From: Acidobacteriota bacterium
Lineage (GTDB): Bacteria > Acidobacteriota > UBA6911 > RPQK01 > CBDAPI01
Assembly: GCA_965249245.1 (NCBI GenBank)
Contig: CBDFLV010000006.1
Coordinates: forward strand, 1,927,628-1,991,627
Direction of reading: 5' to 3'
Length of the DNA: 64,000 nucleotides
Shown: in pieces, positions 37,846 through 48,189 of the stretch
Numbering within the stretch: position 1 is the stretch's first letter
How the letters are laid out: each line of letters opens with the position of its first letter
Notes under the pieces: model-generated
The model's input: only the letters and a program-made list of their open reading frames with translations
Database searches by the model: none
What the model was told of the DNA's origin: nothing
Made by a program: the position numbers and the translations under genes

Positions 37846-40752
37846 TTACTGTCCAGGTTCCCGGGGGTGCTGGCGAAGCATCGGCAACTCCAGCGATTGG
37901 GCCTGGATGACCAGCTTCAGAAACCCCTGGCGATAGCCGTGGGGATCCTCTCCCTTGCCGGCCAGCGCCCAGTTCAGGACCTGATCGAAGGAGGCGTCCC
38001 CCGCATAGCTCGAGTCGCGCAGAAGCATCCCGAAGGAGGCCACCGCTGCCGCAAACTTGAAACCCTGCGAGGAATCGGCAAAGCGTCGATTTCGATCCAC
38101 CAGGGGCGTCTCGATCAGACGGCTCGTTTCTCCATCGGGCTTCTTGTAGCGCAGCTTCACGAACACCATCTCGTCTCCATGGGGTGCCTTCTCGACTCGA
38201 TCCAGTTCGGTCTTCGCAGTCTCACCGGAAGGCTGATAGCGCAGTGGATCGGTACCTGGAACATTCATGTCAACTCCTGAGGGAACCACTTCGTAGAGAG
38301 CCGTGACCGTGTGTCCGGCTCCAATCTCCCCCGCATCCTTGCGGTCGTCGTTGAAGTCCTGGTGGGCAAGTACGCGGTTCTCATAACCGATCAAACGGTA
38401 GGCCTGCACCCGGGTCGGGTTGAACTCGATCTGGATCTTCACGTCTTTGGCGATGGTCACCAGCGTGGAGTTCATCTGCTCGACCAGGACCTTGCGGGCC
38501 TCGCTCTCGGAGTCGATGTAGGAGTAGTTGCCGTTGCCCTTGTCGGCCAGTTTCTCGAGGTTCGCATCTTTCAGGTTGCCCATGCCGAAGCCGAGCACGC
38601 TCAAGAAGACGCCGCTGAGGCGGCGGTTCTCGATCAACCGGATCAGGTCGCCCTGGTTGGTGATCCCGACGTTGAAATCTCCGTCGGTGGCCAGAATCAC
38701 CCGGTTGATCCCACCCCGGATAAAACCGTCCACGGCACACTTGTACGCCAGCTCGATTCCGGCCCCGCCGTTGGTGGAGCCTCCGGCGTGCAGGTTGTCT
38801 AGAGCATGAAGGATGACCCTCTTTTGATCTCCCGTAGTGGGAGGAAGGACCAGCCCGGAAGCTCCGGCATAAACCACCATGGCCACCGTGTCGTTCTCGG
38901 TCAGCCGGTCCGCCAGCATGCGCATCGACTTCTTGAGCAAGGGCAGCTTGTTGGATGGCCGCATGGAACCGGAGACATCGATCAGGAAGACCAGGTTGCT
39001 GGATGGACGCTTTCCCTCCCGAATTTCGCGGCCTTTCAAACCGACCCGAACCAGACGGTGCTCCTTTCGCCAGGGGGCTTCGGCCACTTCCAGCGAGATG
39101 GAAAAAGGTGGCTCGCCATGAGGCTGCGGGTAATCGTAGGAAAAGTAGTTGATCAGCTCCTCGATACGGACCGCATCCTTCGGAGGGCGCGTTCCCTGCT
39201 CCAGAAAGCGCCGCACGTTGGCGTAGGAGGCCGTGTCGACATCAATTGAGAAGGTCGAACGAGGATCGTCTTCCACCCGCACGAAGGGGTTCTCGATAAT
39301 GCGGTCATAGGACTCCGTGTTGAAATCACGCCGGGGAGGTGGCCGGTGCCATTTGCGGGGAGGATGGGGGTGCCGGTAACGATCCCGATCCTCGTAGTGG
39401 TACCCACGGACAGCGGCTTCCTCCAGCGGCTCGTGACTGACCACGGAGCCGCCAACGGGTTTTGCGGAGGCGGGCGGTGGCGACGGTGGCGGCGGTGGCA
39501 TTGCCGGCGATCCTGCTGACCTTAACTGGCCAAAAGCCATTCTCTTTCTGCCCGGCGCCGCCCGCCCGTTGGCGGCCGACTGGGCTTCTTCCCCTTCATG
39601 CCGTCGGAGCTCGCCTCCGCCCTGGGTAGCAGAGGACGAGGGGTCCGTCTGAGTTGTCAGGGCACCCCCTTTGCCGCCGGCTGAGATATCGTCGCCGATT
39701 TCAAAAGTGCTCTGGTTGACAACACTTGCAGTCCCGTTGACCACAGCGTCCGGTTCATCCCGGGAGGACTGGCCACGGGCCCGTTCGGCTTCCGTCGCGG
39801 CACCAGTGCCCGAGACCGACCCGACCCGACCTGTCATCACTTCCCCCGCATCCTGGAAAGACTCCTCTGTCGGCCGGTTCTCGGCCATTTCGGTCTCCCG
39901 GTTCCCGAACCGGCCCGCTTCGAAGTCGAATGCGGGTGTTTCCACCTGGGGTTCGGCCGGGCCGGAGGTGTCCTTGGCTCGAGCCTTCGGCTGTGCGTCG
40001 CCCAGCTGCTTGAGATCAGCTCCTTTTTCCAGAGAACTGACCAGGGCATCCGGTGCCTGTGAGGAACGTCCGTCAACGATTTTTTCCGCCAGCTGCCTTT
40101 CCATCTTCTCGGCATCAACGTCGGCATCGGTATCGGCGCGTTCCTGGTTGGGCCGATACCGGCCGGCCCCCTGATCCGAACTCCGGAGCGCCTCCCGTGA
40201 ATTGCCGTCCGGCTCCGGACCGGTCTGGGCGTGCTGCTCGTTCTGCTTATTGAACTGCTTATTGAATTCGGACTCATCGGCCGGGGTCTGATCCTCTTTC
40301 TCCGCGGCCCCCACGCCGAATTGATCTTCGCCACCAGGAGCCAGTTCCTGTCCGGCCTTCTCTTCCAGCTCGGTGAGCGGTGCCCGCTGCGGCGCCGGCA
40401 TGGCCAACTCTCTTGACGAACTCAACTGTTCCACCCAGGTCGGCCCGAAAAGTATGGCGGCCAGCAAAACCGAAGCCGCTACGGGAAGTCCGCGCCGGAA
40501 CCACCAGGGTCGAACGGTCTCCTGAGATCGCGCAGCCTGCTCGATCTGCTCGATCTGCTCCGGCTTCAGTCCCACGTCCGGGTCGTGGAGCAGGGATTCT
40601 CCCAGCAGCCCGCAGGCCTGGCGAATCTCCTCGACTTCCCTGCGCAGCTCCTCTGATTCTTGAAGTGCCGCCTCGACTGCGGCTTTTTCCGCCTGTTCGA
40701 GTTCGTTCAATACGTAAGCCGTCAATCTGGGGTCATTTCGGTCGATCGTCAT
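37846..40752 (-). CDS. Anti-sigma-like N-terminus fused to a YfbK-type VWA (vWF_A/VWA/DUF3520) protein
   Basis: LTAYVLNEL N-terminus, one TM, low-complexity linker, STFSIDVDTASY, DVSGSM, ATDGDFNVG, GAGHTVTALYE. Confidence 0.9.
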   Translation of the reverse strand: MTIDRNDPRLTAYVLNELEQAEKAAVEAALQESEELRREVEEIRQACGLLGESLLHDPDVGLKPEQIEQIEQAARSQETVRPWWFRRGLPVAASVLLAAILFGPTWVEQLSSSRELAMPAPQRAPLTELEEKAGQELAPGGEDQFGVGAAEKEDQTPADESEFNKQFNKQNEQHAQTGPEPDGNSREALRSSDQGAGRYRPNQERADTDADVDAEKMERQLAEKIVDGRSSQAPDALVSSLEKGADLKQLGDAQPKARAKDTSGPAEPQVETPAFDFEAGRFGNRETEMAENRPTEESFQDAGEVMTGRVGSVSGTGAATEAERARGQSSRDEPDAVVNGTASVVNQSTFEIGDDISAGGKGGALTTQTDPSSSATQGGGELRRHEGEEAQSAANGRAAPGRKRMAFGQLRSAGSPAMPPPPPSPPPASAKPVGGSVVSHEPLEEAAVRGYHYEDRDRYRHPHPPRKWHRPPPRRDFNTESYDRIIENPFVRVEDDPRSTFSIDVDTASYANVRRFLEQGTRPPKDAVRIEELINYFSYDYPQPHGEPPFSISLEVAEAPWRKEHRLVRVGLKGREIREGKRPSSNLVFLIDVSGSMRPSNKLPLLKKSMRMLADRLTENDTVAMVVYAGASGLVLPPTTGDQKRVILHALDNLHAGGSTNGGAGIELAYKCAVDGFIRGGINRVILATDGDFNVGITNQGDLIRLIENRRLSGVFLSVLGFGMGNLKDANLEKLADKGNGNYSYIDSESEARKVLVEQMNSTLVTIAKDVKIQIEFNPTRVQAYRLIGYENRVLAHQDFNDDRKDAGEIGAGHTVTALYEVVPSGVDMNVPGTDPLRYQPSGETAKTELDRVEKAPHGDEMVFVKLRYKKPDGETSRLIETPLVDRNRRFADSSQGFKFAAAVASFGMLLRDSSYAGDASFDQVLNWALAGKGEDPHGYRQGFLKLVIQAQSLELPMLRQHPREPGQ

Positions 40753-41297
40753 TACTTGACCCTCCTGATGGCCGGAGATCGATCGTCCCAGGAAGTCATC
40801 TCCTGCCTGAGTTTCTTGATCCCGGTGTGGATCTGAAAACCAACGTTGGACGTGCTCAGCCCGGTGATGTGGCTGATCTCCCTGTAGCTGAGTCCATCCT
40901 GGAACTTGAGCCGGATGACTTCCTGCTGGTTGGTGGTCAGATGGTTCAGGGCTCCCAGCACCTCGGTGACCATCTCGCGGGTCTCCATCTGCTGGGCCGG
41001 GCTCTTCGCCTCGTCAACCGCGATGAACCCGTCCACCTCCTGCAAAACAGTCATGCGACTCTCCTTTCTCTTTACATCCAGCGCCCGGTTCCGGCACACC
41101 GTGTAGAGCCACTGGGCCAGATGTCCTTTGATCCTGGCCGGCTCCTGTCTGCACAGTTGCAGAAAGGTGTCCTGAACCACGTCGCGGGCCTTTTCGAGGT
41201 CACCGGTAATGCGCATGGCGTAGCGAGTCAGAGCTGCCTGGTACTCCTCCAGAACATCCTGGATCCAGTCTGTCTCCAACTCTGCCGTTGACCTCAT
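40752..41297 (-). CDS. ECF sigma-70 factor
   Basis: DVVQDTF, WLYTVCRNRALD, QEVIRLKFQDGLSYREIS. Coupled to the VWA gene. Confidence 0.92.
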   Translation of the reverse strand: MRSTAELETDWIQDVLEEYQAALTRYAMRITGDLEKARDVVQDTFLQLCRQEPARIKGHLAQWLYTVCRNRALDVKRKESRMTVLQEVDGFIAVDEAKSPAQQMETREMVTEVLGALNHLTTNQQEVIRLKFQDGLSYREISHITGLSTSNVGFQIHTGIKKLRQEMTSWDDRSPAIRRVK

Positions 41298-41732
41298 TGA
41301 GTCCTCGGAAAATCCCTGGTCCTCACCTGTGTTAACGATCGACTCGATTCTTTCTTAGTACTCACTTAGACATTTTTCCACCCCGCCTGGTTCGTTTTTG
41401 GTGATTGGGTTCCGAGTGGAAGGATGTGTCAGGTTTCTCCGGCAGCTTCCGCGCTGCTGCGCAGTCACTATCGTTCCGCCTCTGTCGTTTCCTTGACTGA
41501 CAGCTTTCCTCGCGGCTTGCGGGCCGGTTTCCGAAGCTGACCTGTCCAGTTTGCCGGGTGGGCAGAGGCGCGAATGAAATGAGCGCGCCAACTTGAAACC
41601 GTCGGCGGCTCAATGTGCTTCAGGTTCTCCTCGGTTGGTGTTGAAGGCAAGGCTCAGGCGAACCGAAGAAACGCAGTGGGCGAAGTGAACAAACGTGGAA
41701 CGTGAAACGTGGAACCAGATATAGTGGCCAGC

Positions 41733-42354
41733 ATGCACTTTGAATTCACACAGGAGCAGAAGACCCTGCGCGCCAGGATTCGGGATTTTGCCCGCCGTGA
41801 AATCGCCCCGCATTGCTTGGAGTGGGATGAACAGCAAGAGTTCCCGGCCGAAGCGATCCGGCAGCTCGGGGACATGGGATTGATGGGAATCCTCGTCGAT
41901 GAAGGGAACGGAGGAGCCGGTCTCGGATACATCGAGTACGTCATCATCCTGGAGGAACTGAGTCGCGCTGACGCCGCCGTTGGTCTCGCGGTGGATGCCC
42001 ACACTTCCCTGTGCTCAGACCACATTTACAAGTTCGGCACACCGGAGCAGAGGGCGAAGTACCTCAAGCCCCTGGCCCGGGGGGAGGCTCTGGGAGCCTG
42101 GGCACTGACGGAACCGGGTTCTGGCAGCGACGCCGGGGCTGCCAGGACGCGAGCCACCCGGACCATGGCCAAATTGTATTCCAGTGAGGTCTGTGTCTGG
42201 GCTGCGGAGCAGGCGATCCAGATCCACGGGGGCTACGGGTACATCAAAAGAGTACGGGGTGGAAAAGCTGTGGCGTGATTCCAAGCTCACCACCATCGGC
42301 GAGGGGACCAGTGAGATCCAGAGAATGATCATCTCCCGCGAACTGCTGAGCTAA
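41733..42354 (+). pseudogene. Acyl-CoA dehydrogenase with large internal deletion and a frameshift
   Basis: N-terminal domain up to [20 protein letters not shown] is fused to [19 protein letters not shown] frameshift at the A4 near 42246 precedes [25 protein letters not shown]. Confidence 0.88.
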
Positions 42355-42406
42355 ACATCAGAAAGAGCCTGTCATCGAAACTGTAATCCCGGAACTTCAG
42401 CATCAG

Positions 42407-43348
42407 GTGAAAGGAATCCTGGAAGGGGATGTGCACACCATCGCCCGCTCCATTTCCCGATTGGAAGCCGGCGTGTGGTCGGACGCGTCGCTGCAACTTC
42501 TCAAGGAGCTCTATGCACACACCGGGAGAGCCTTCGTGCTGGGAATCACCGGCAGCCCGGGCGTCGGGAAAAGCACGCTGGTGGATCGGTTGATCGAGCA
42601 GTTTCGTGCGGGTGGATCCCGCGTGGCAGTCCTGGCGGTAGATCCAACCTCGCCTTTCAGTGGAGGAGCGATCCTGGGGGATCGGATTCGGATGCAGAGA
42701 CATTCGACCGATCCGGGGGTCTTTATTCGGAGCATGGCGACCAGAGGGAAGATGGGTGGTCTTGCTCCTGCGGTCCAGGAAGCCTTAATCGTTCTGGACG
42801 CTTCAGGCTACGACTGCATTCTGCTGGAGACGGTGGGAGTCGGACAGGATGAGGTGGATGTTGTTTTCGCAGCTCACATGGTTCTGGTCGTCCTGGCCCC
42901 GGGTCTTGGGGATGACGTCCAGACCATCAAAGCCGGGCTCATGGAGATTGCCGACGTCTTCGTCCTCAACAAAGCTGACCTGGAGGGCACTGACCGAAGC
43001 GAAAAGGAAATCCTGGCCATGATGGAGCTGGCGGTGGCGGATGCCGGATACCCTCTCCGTATGGTCAAAACCGTAGCCACCGAGGGCAGTGGAGTTGAAG
43101 ATCTCCTCCGGGAGATCTCGGAATACCGGCACTGGTACGAAAAGGAAAGCGCCCCGAAATCCCGGCTCGAGGTCCACAAGCACCGTCTCCGGGAACTGCT
43201 CAAAGACCGTCTCCAGGAAATGATCCGGTCCCGCCTGGCCGATGGGGAGCTGGAAGCACTGGCGGAGAAGCTCCGCAATCGCGAAACGGACCCCTATACG
43301 GCGGTCACAGACATCGTTTCCAGACTGGAGGACAGGAAGTCGCCATGA
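42407..43348 (+). CDS. meaB: Methylmalonyl-CoA mutase-associated GTPase
   Basis: GSPGVGKST, VDPTSPFSGGAILGDRIRM, ETVGVGQ, NKAD. Confidence 0.93.
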   Translation: MKGILEGDVHTIARSISRLEAGVWSDASLQLLKELYAHTGRAFVLGITGSPGVGKSTLVDRLIEQFRAGGSRVAVLAVDPTSPFSGGAILGDRIRMQRHSTDPGVFIRSMATRGKMGGLAPAVQEALIVLDASGYDCILLETVGVGQDEVDVVFAAHMVLVVLAPGLGDDVQTIKAGLMEIADVFVLNKADLEGTDRSEKEILAMMELAVADAGYPLRMVKTVATEGSGVEDLLREISEYRHWYEKESAPKSRLEVHKHRLRELLKDRLQEMIRSRLADGELEALAEKLRNRETDPYTAVTDIVSRLEDRKSP

Positions 43349-43761
43349 TTAGAAGAATCGCCCACATCGCCATCGCCACCGACTCGATTGGTGTAACCTC
43401 CCAGTTCTACAAGAGCCTCGGTCTGCAACTGGACCGGGTGGAAGTCGTTTCGGATCAGAAAGTGAAGGTTGCGGTGATGAGCATCGGGGACTCCGCCATT
43501 GAGTTTATTGAGCCAACCGAATCCGATTCTCCCATCTCCAGTTTTCTTTCCAGACGAGGCAACGGCCTGCATCACATTTCCCTGGAGGTGGATGACCTGG
43601 CTGCCCGCCTGGAGGACTTGAAGGCCCGCAATGTACGCATGATTGACGAGCAACCCCGGGTCGGGGCCGACGGCCGCCTGATTGCCTTCATTCATCCCGA
43701 TTCCACGGGTGGCGTTTTGATCGAGTTGACCGAGGCAGTGGAAGGAGAATCGGGCTCGTAG
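43345..43761 (+). CDS. mce: Methylmalonyl-CoA epimerase
   Basis: HIAIA, QKVKV, GLHHI, AFIHP..TGGVLIEL. Downstream of meaB. Confidence 0.9.
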   Translation: MIRRIAHIAIATDSIGVTSQFYKSLGLQLDRVEVVSDQKVKVAVMSIGDSAIEFIEPTESDSPISSFLSRRGNGLHHISLEVDDLAARLEDLKARNVRMIDEQPRVGADGRLIAFIHPDSTGGVLIELTEAVEGESGS

Positions 43762-43763
43762 AA

Positions 43764-44627
43764 ATGAAACTGGGACCATTTGATCTTCACCTGATATCCG
43801 ACGGGTACTTCCGTCTCGACGGCGGAGCCATGTTCGGCGTGATCCCCAAGGTTCTGTGGAATCGAACCACCGAGTGTGACGAGCAAAACAGGATTCGTCT
43901 CGCCCTCAACTGTCTCCTGGTTCGAACAGCAGAGCACAACCTCCTCATCGACACGGGCTGCGGGCACAAGTACACCGAAAAACAAATACGGATTTACGGG
44001 ATCGAGCACCCACCGGACATCCTCTCCCAGCTGGCTGCCCGGGGCCTCGACCCGGCCGACATCGACATCGTCATCAACACCCACCTGCACTTCGATCACT
44101 GTGGCGGGAATACCCTGATCCGGGCTGGCGAAGTCATTCCCACCTTCCCGGAAGCGACGTACGTGGTGGGCCGCCGGGAATTCGAAGAGGCCAGCCACCC
44201 CAACGAACGAACCGCCGCCACCTACCTGCATCACAACTGGCAGCCCGTCCTGGCCGAGGGCCGGATGGAACTGGTGGACGAGGATACTGAGATCGTATCG
44301 GGAGTCACGGTCATCGCAACCCCGGGACACACCCTGGGCCATCAATCAGTCCGAATCGAGACGGACGGACGGGTTCTGTTCTGCATCGGTGACCTCTGCC
44401 CGACTCAGGCCCACGTCCCGCTGCCCTGGATCACGGCCTTTGACGGGTACCCGATGCAGACTCTCGAATCGCGACGCCGAATCTACCGCCAGGCTGTGGA
44501 CGAGAGCTGGAACGTCTTCTTCGGGCATGATTCCGAACACCCCCTGGGCAACTTGATTGAGGAAGAAGGACGGTATAAGGTACGGCCTCTCCCCTGGGGG
44601 GACGAAGTGGAGGGGGTCCAACTATGA
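43764..44627 (+). CDS. MBL-fold metallohydrolase (YtnP-like)
   Basis: LDGGAMFGVIPK, THLHFDHCGG, GHTLGH. Confidence 0.9.
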   Translation: MKLGPFDLHLISDGYFRLDGGAMFGVIPKVLWNRTTECDEQNRIRLALNCLLVRTAEHNLLIDTGCGHKYTEKQIRIYGIEHPPDILSQLAARGLDPADIDIVINTHLHFDHCGGNTLIRAGEVIPTFPEATYVVGRREFEEASHPNERTAATYLHHNWQPVLAEGRMELVDEDTEIVSGVTVIATPGHTLGHQSVRIETDGRVLFCIGDLCPTQAHVPLPWITAFDGYPMQTLESRRRIYRQAVDESWNVFFGHDSEHPLGNLIEEEGRYKVRPLPWGDEVEGVQL

Positions 44628-45487
44628 GCGTGGCGGAAATTGGAATCATCGGCGGCAGCGGCCTTTACGACATGCCGGGACTCGAAGACGTGGCCGAAAC
44701 GGTTATCGAGACCCCTTTTGGGGATCCCAGCGATCACTATGTGACCGGGACTCTGGAGGGTCGTAGAGTTGCCTTCCTGGCCCGGCACGGCCGGGCCCAC
44801 TCCATCACGCCCACCGAACTGAACTTCCGAGCCAACATCTACGGATTCAAGAGGCTCGGGGTCCGTTACATCTTCTCGGCCAGCGCCGTGGGCTCCCTGA
44901 GAAAGAAACACGCGCCCATGGATTTTGTGCTGCCGGACCAGTTCATCGATCGCACCCGGCAAAGAGTCTCGACCTTCTTCGGAAACGGGATCGTAGCGCA
45001 CATCAGTTTTGCCGACCCCCTGTGCAGTTCACTGGCGGACGTGGTCCAGCGCGCCGCGCAGGAGCTTGAGTTCCCGATCAAGCGGGGCGGAACCTATGTC
45101 TGCATGGAAGGGCCGGCCTTCTCTACCCGGGCCGAGTCCCACCTGTACCGGAGCTGGGGGGCAGAGCTGATCGGCATGACCAATCTGCAGGAGGCCAAGT
45201 TGTCCAGAGAGGCCGAGATCTGCTACGTCACCATCGCCATGGTGACCGATTACGACTGCTGGCATGAGGAAGAGGAAGATGTCACAGTCGAAATGCTGAT
45301 CGGCTACCTCCAGCGCAACGCTGAGAACGCCAAACGCCTGATTCGCCGGGCCGTCAGAGACCTCCCCGAGGATCAGACCTGCAGTTGCCACAGCGCCCTC
45401 CACAACGCCATCATCACTTCTGCTGGGGCGATTCCGGAGAAAACCAGAAGAGACCTCGATCCGATCATCGGTAAATACCTCGATTGA
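44624..45487 (+). CDS. mtnP: S-methyl-5'-thioadenosine phosphorylase
   Basis: GIIGGSGLY, RHGRAH, EGPAFSTRAES, GMT, VTDYDCW. Confidence 0.93.
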   Translation: MSVAEIGIIGGSGLYDMPGLEDVAETVIETPFGDPSDHYVTGTLEGRRVAFLARHGRAHSITPTELNFRANIYGFKRLGVRYIFSASAVGSLRKKHAPMDFVLPDQFIDRTRQRVSTFFGNGIVAHISFADPLCSSLADVVQRAAQELEFPIKRGGTYVCMEGPAFSTRAESHLYRSWGAELIGMTNLQEAKLSREAEICYVTIAMVTDYDCWHEEEEDVTVEMLIGYLQRNAENAKRLIRRAVRDLPEDQTCSCHSALHNAIITSAGAIPEKTRRDLDPIIGKYLD

Positions 45488-45513
45488 ACCGATTGACCCG
45501 GAGGAAGATTCCA

Positions 45514-46458
45514 ATGCCCGAGATACTGGTTGTCGGATCCGTTGCTTACGACTCGGTCAAGACCCCCTTCGGGACGGCCCGGGAGATCCTGGGTGGATCC
45601 GCCACTTACTTCAGCGTGGCGGCAAGTTTCTTTACCCGGGTCTCTCTGGTGGCCTGCGTCGGCCACGATTTCAGGAGTGAAGACCTTCTTTTTCTGGAGT
45701 CGAGGGGGATCGACCTGGCGGGACTGGAACATCATTCGGGAGAAACCTTTCGCTGGAGCGGTGAGTATGGTCAAGACATGAACACCGCTCAGACCCTGGA
45801 GACCCACCTCAACGTCTTTGCGGACTTCCGGCCCACCATCCCGGAAGCTTATCGGGAGGTTGACTTCATTTTTCTCGGCAACATCGATCCGACGCTGCAG
45901 CGTTCCGTGCTGAGCCAGGTCAACCGTCCAAAGCTGGTGGCCTGCGACACCATGAACTTCTGGATCGACGGATCCTTCGCATCCCTGGTCGAGACGCTCA
46001 AAGGCGTCGATGTCCTCATCATCAATGACGCCGAGACACGACAGTTGTCGGGAGAAGGGAGCCTGCCCGGTGCTGCTCGCAAGATCCTCAACTGGGGACC
46101 ACACACACTGGTGGTCAAGCTGGGCGAGTACGGGGCCGCCCTGTACCAGCGCGACGGGGAAGGGTTGTCCGTGTTTGGGATACCCGCCTATCCGCTGGAG
46201 GAGGTGCATGACCCGACCGGAGCCGGAGACTCCTTCGCAGGGGGCTTCATGGGCTACCTGGCAGGTACCGGCAAGAGCGACCGGAAAGCGATGCGCCAGG
46301 CAGTCGTCTTTGGTGCTGTGATGGCCAGTTTCAACGTGGAGAAGTTCTCACTGGACCGGCTGCGCAGTCTCACCTTTACCGAAGTCATCCTGCGCTACCA
46401 GGAATTCGAGCAGCTGACCCGCTTCGAGCGCTTCTCGCCGGATTCTCTGGGCCGTTGA
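45514..46458 (+). CDS. PfkB-family sugar/nucleoside kinase
   Basis: VGSVAYD, LGGSATY, DTMNFWI, DPTGAGDSFAGG. Confidence 0.9.
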   Translation: MPEILVVGSVAYDSVKTPFGTAREILGGSATYFSVAASFFTRVSLVACVGHDFRSEDLLFLESRGIDLAGLEHHSGETFRWSGEYGQDMNTAQTLETHLNVFADFRPTIPEAYREVDFIFLGNIDPTLQRSVLSQVNRPKLVACDTMNFWIDGSFASLVETLKGVDVLIINDAETRQLSGEGSLPGAARKILNWGPHTLVVKLGEYGAALYQRDGEGLSVFGIPAYPLEEVHDPTGAGDSFAGGFMGYLAGTGKSDRKAMRQAVVFGAVMASFNVEKFSLDRLRSLTFTEVILRYQEFEQLTRFERFSPDSLGR

Positions 46459-46470
46459 ATGACAGCTTTC

Positions 46471-46688
46471 GTAGGGGCCGGTCTTGTGCCGGCCCGCTTG
46501 CCGGGCGACCACAAGGGTCGCCCCTACGAATCCGATCAGATCGCCGCATGGAAGCCGCTCCTACACTTCGCCGACTCGTGACATTTCCGACGTAGGAGGA
46601 CCCTCCGTGGTCCGATCAGGCCAGACATGACGTAGGGGCCGGTCTTGTGCCGGCCCGCTCAACGGGCGACCACCAGGGTCACCCCTAC
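46471..46688. repeat. Mixed REP cluster (two GTAGGGG doublets flanking GTAGGAG units)
   Basis: Direct matches to 24687-24743 and, inverted, to 29515-29631. Confidence 0.85.
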
Positions 46689-46754
46689 GAATCCAATCTC
46701 CGGCCGCGGCGCTGAGAACCACGCTCCAATGATAGAATCCAGAGATAGGTCACG

Positions 46755-48146
46755 ATGTCACTCCTGCTGTTTTGCCTCCTGTTTTCACTTCCCCAGGATA
46801 CCCCTGTGGATCCCGAGGCCGTGGCCTGGTTTCAGAAGGGAGAAGAGCTGATCGGGACCGATCAGGCTTTTTCCGAGCAGCAGGCTCACTTCTTTGAAAA
46901 GGCGCTCGAGATGGAGCCGGACTTTGTCCCGGCACTCTTCAATCTCGGCCTCATTTACCTGCACCAGGGAAAACTCGACCTGGCGCTCGAACCTCTCAAC
47001 CAGCTCATCCGGATTGAGCCTGAGAATGACAAGGCTTACTCTCTCAGGGTCGAAGCCCACCTGCGTAAAGAAGACCTGACCTCAGCACAGGCTGACATCG
47101 ATCGGCTCAAGCAACTGGCTCCACAGAGCCCCGCCACCTGGCAGGAGTCGGGACGACTCCACTACCGCCAGGCTCGGATGCCCGAAGCTGCTGCCGATTT
47201 CGAAAAGGCGCTCCAGCTCGATCCGGATGATCCAGACCTGCACCTGGACCTGGCCACGGCTCTTGACCAGACAGATCGAAAAGAGCTGGCAACGAAGCAT
47301 TATGAGCGCTTCCTGGCCCACTTTCCGGAGGACCCCCGGGCCAACTTCCTGCTCGCTCGCAACCTGATGCTGCGCGAAGAGTTCGAGCGGGCTCTGGGTT
47401 ATTTTCAGACAGCTCGGAAGCTGGGTAGAGCCGGCGCGGAAGTGGACCAGAACCTGGCCTACGTTCTCCTGCGGCTGGAGCGTCTGGACGAAGCCGAGAC
47501 ACTCTTGATGGCAGGTGAGGATTCTGTTGCCAGCCTCTTCAACCTGGGGTCCATTGCCATCGAGGAAGGAAGACTCGTTGACGCGGAGCTGTACCTGCGG
47601 AGGGCCGCCCTGCGGGATCCCACCAACATCACGATCTGGATCACGCTCGGGGATCTTTTTGAGGAAGCCGGCAGGAACGTGGAAGCCGGACGAGCCTACC
47701 AGAAAGCCGTCCAGCTGGGGGCTGCCGATTTCGACACTCTCCTGCGGCTGGGAATCGCGCAGGCGAACACCGAACAATCGAAAGCCGCGCGCAGCACGCT
47801 GGAGCGTGCTTTGAAGATCAACTCGGAGTCCCCAGAGGCGCCCTTCTTTCTGGGCCTGGTCTACGAGAGATTGAAGGAAGAAGAGCGCGCCCTGTCCAGC
47901 TATGAGAAGGCACTCGAGAACGGGGAGGATAACGCTCGGCTGCATTTTCGAGTCGGGGTTCTTTATTCCAAGAGAAACAAAGTCAGCGAGTCGATCGAGC
48001 ATTTTTCCCGCTCTCTCGAACTGGAAGCGGTTAAGTACCTCCCCATCATCCAGCAGGAGTTGCTGAACGTCACCTCGGACCTGGATGCCGTCCGCTATGA
48101 AACCCGTTTCGCCGAACTGCTCAAGAAACACGATCCCCTCAGATAA
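46755..48146 (+). CDS. Tetratricopeptide repeat protein (secreted)
   Basis: Multiple 34-aa TPR units (ALFNLG..Y, A...FEKAL.L.P). Confidence 0.9.
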   Translation: MSLLLFCLLFSLPQDTPVDPEAVAWFQKGEELIGTDQAFSEQQAHFFEKALEMEPDFVPALFNLGLIYLHQGKLDLALEPLNQLIRIEPENDKAYSLRVEAHLRKEDLTSAQADIDRLKQLAPQSPATWQESGRLHYRQARMPEAAADFEKALQLDPDDPDLHLDLATALDQTDRKELATKHYERFLAHFPEDPRANFLLARNLMLREEFERALGYFQTARKLGRAGAEVDQNLAYVLLRLERLDEAETLLMAGEDSVASLFNLGSIAIEEGRLVDAELYLRRAALRDPTNITIWITLGDLFEEAGRNVEAGRAYQKAVQLGAADFDTLLRLGIAQANTEQSKAARSTLERALKINSESPEAPFFLGLVYERLKEEERALSSYEKALENGEDNARLHFRVGVLYSKRNKVSESIEHFSRSLELEAVKYLPIIQQELLNVTSDLDAVRYETRFAELLKKHDPLR

Positions 48147-48189
48147 CCCTCTTTGACATCTGCCTGCTTCTCTGAAAGAGTACTTCCTC

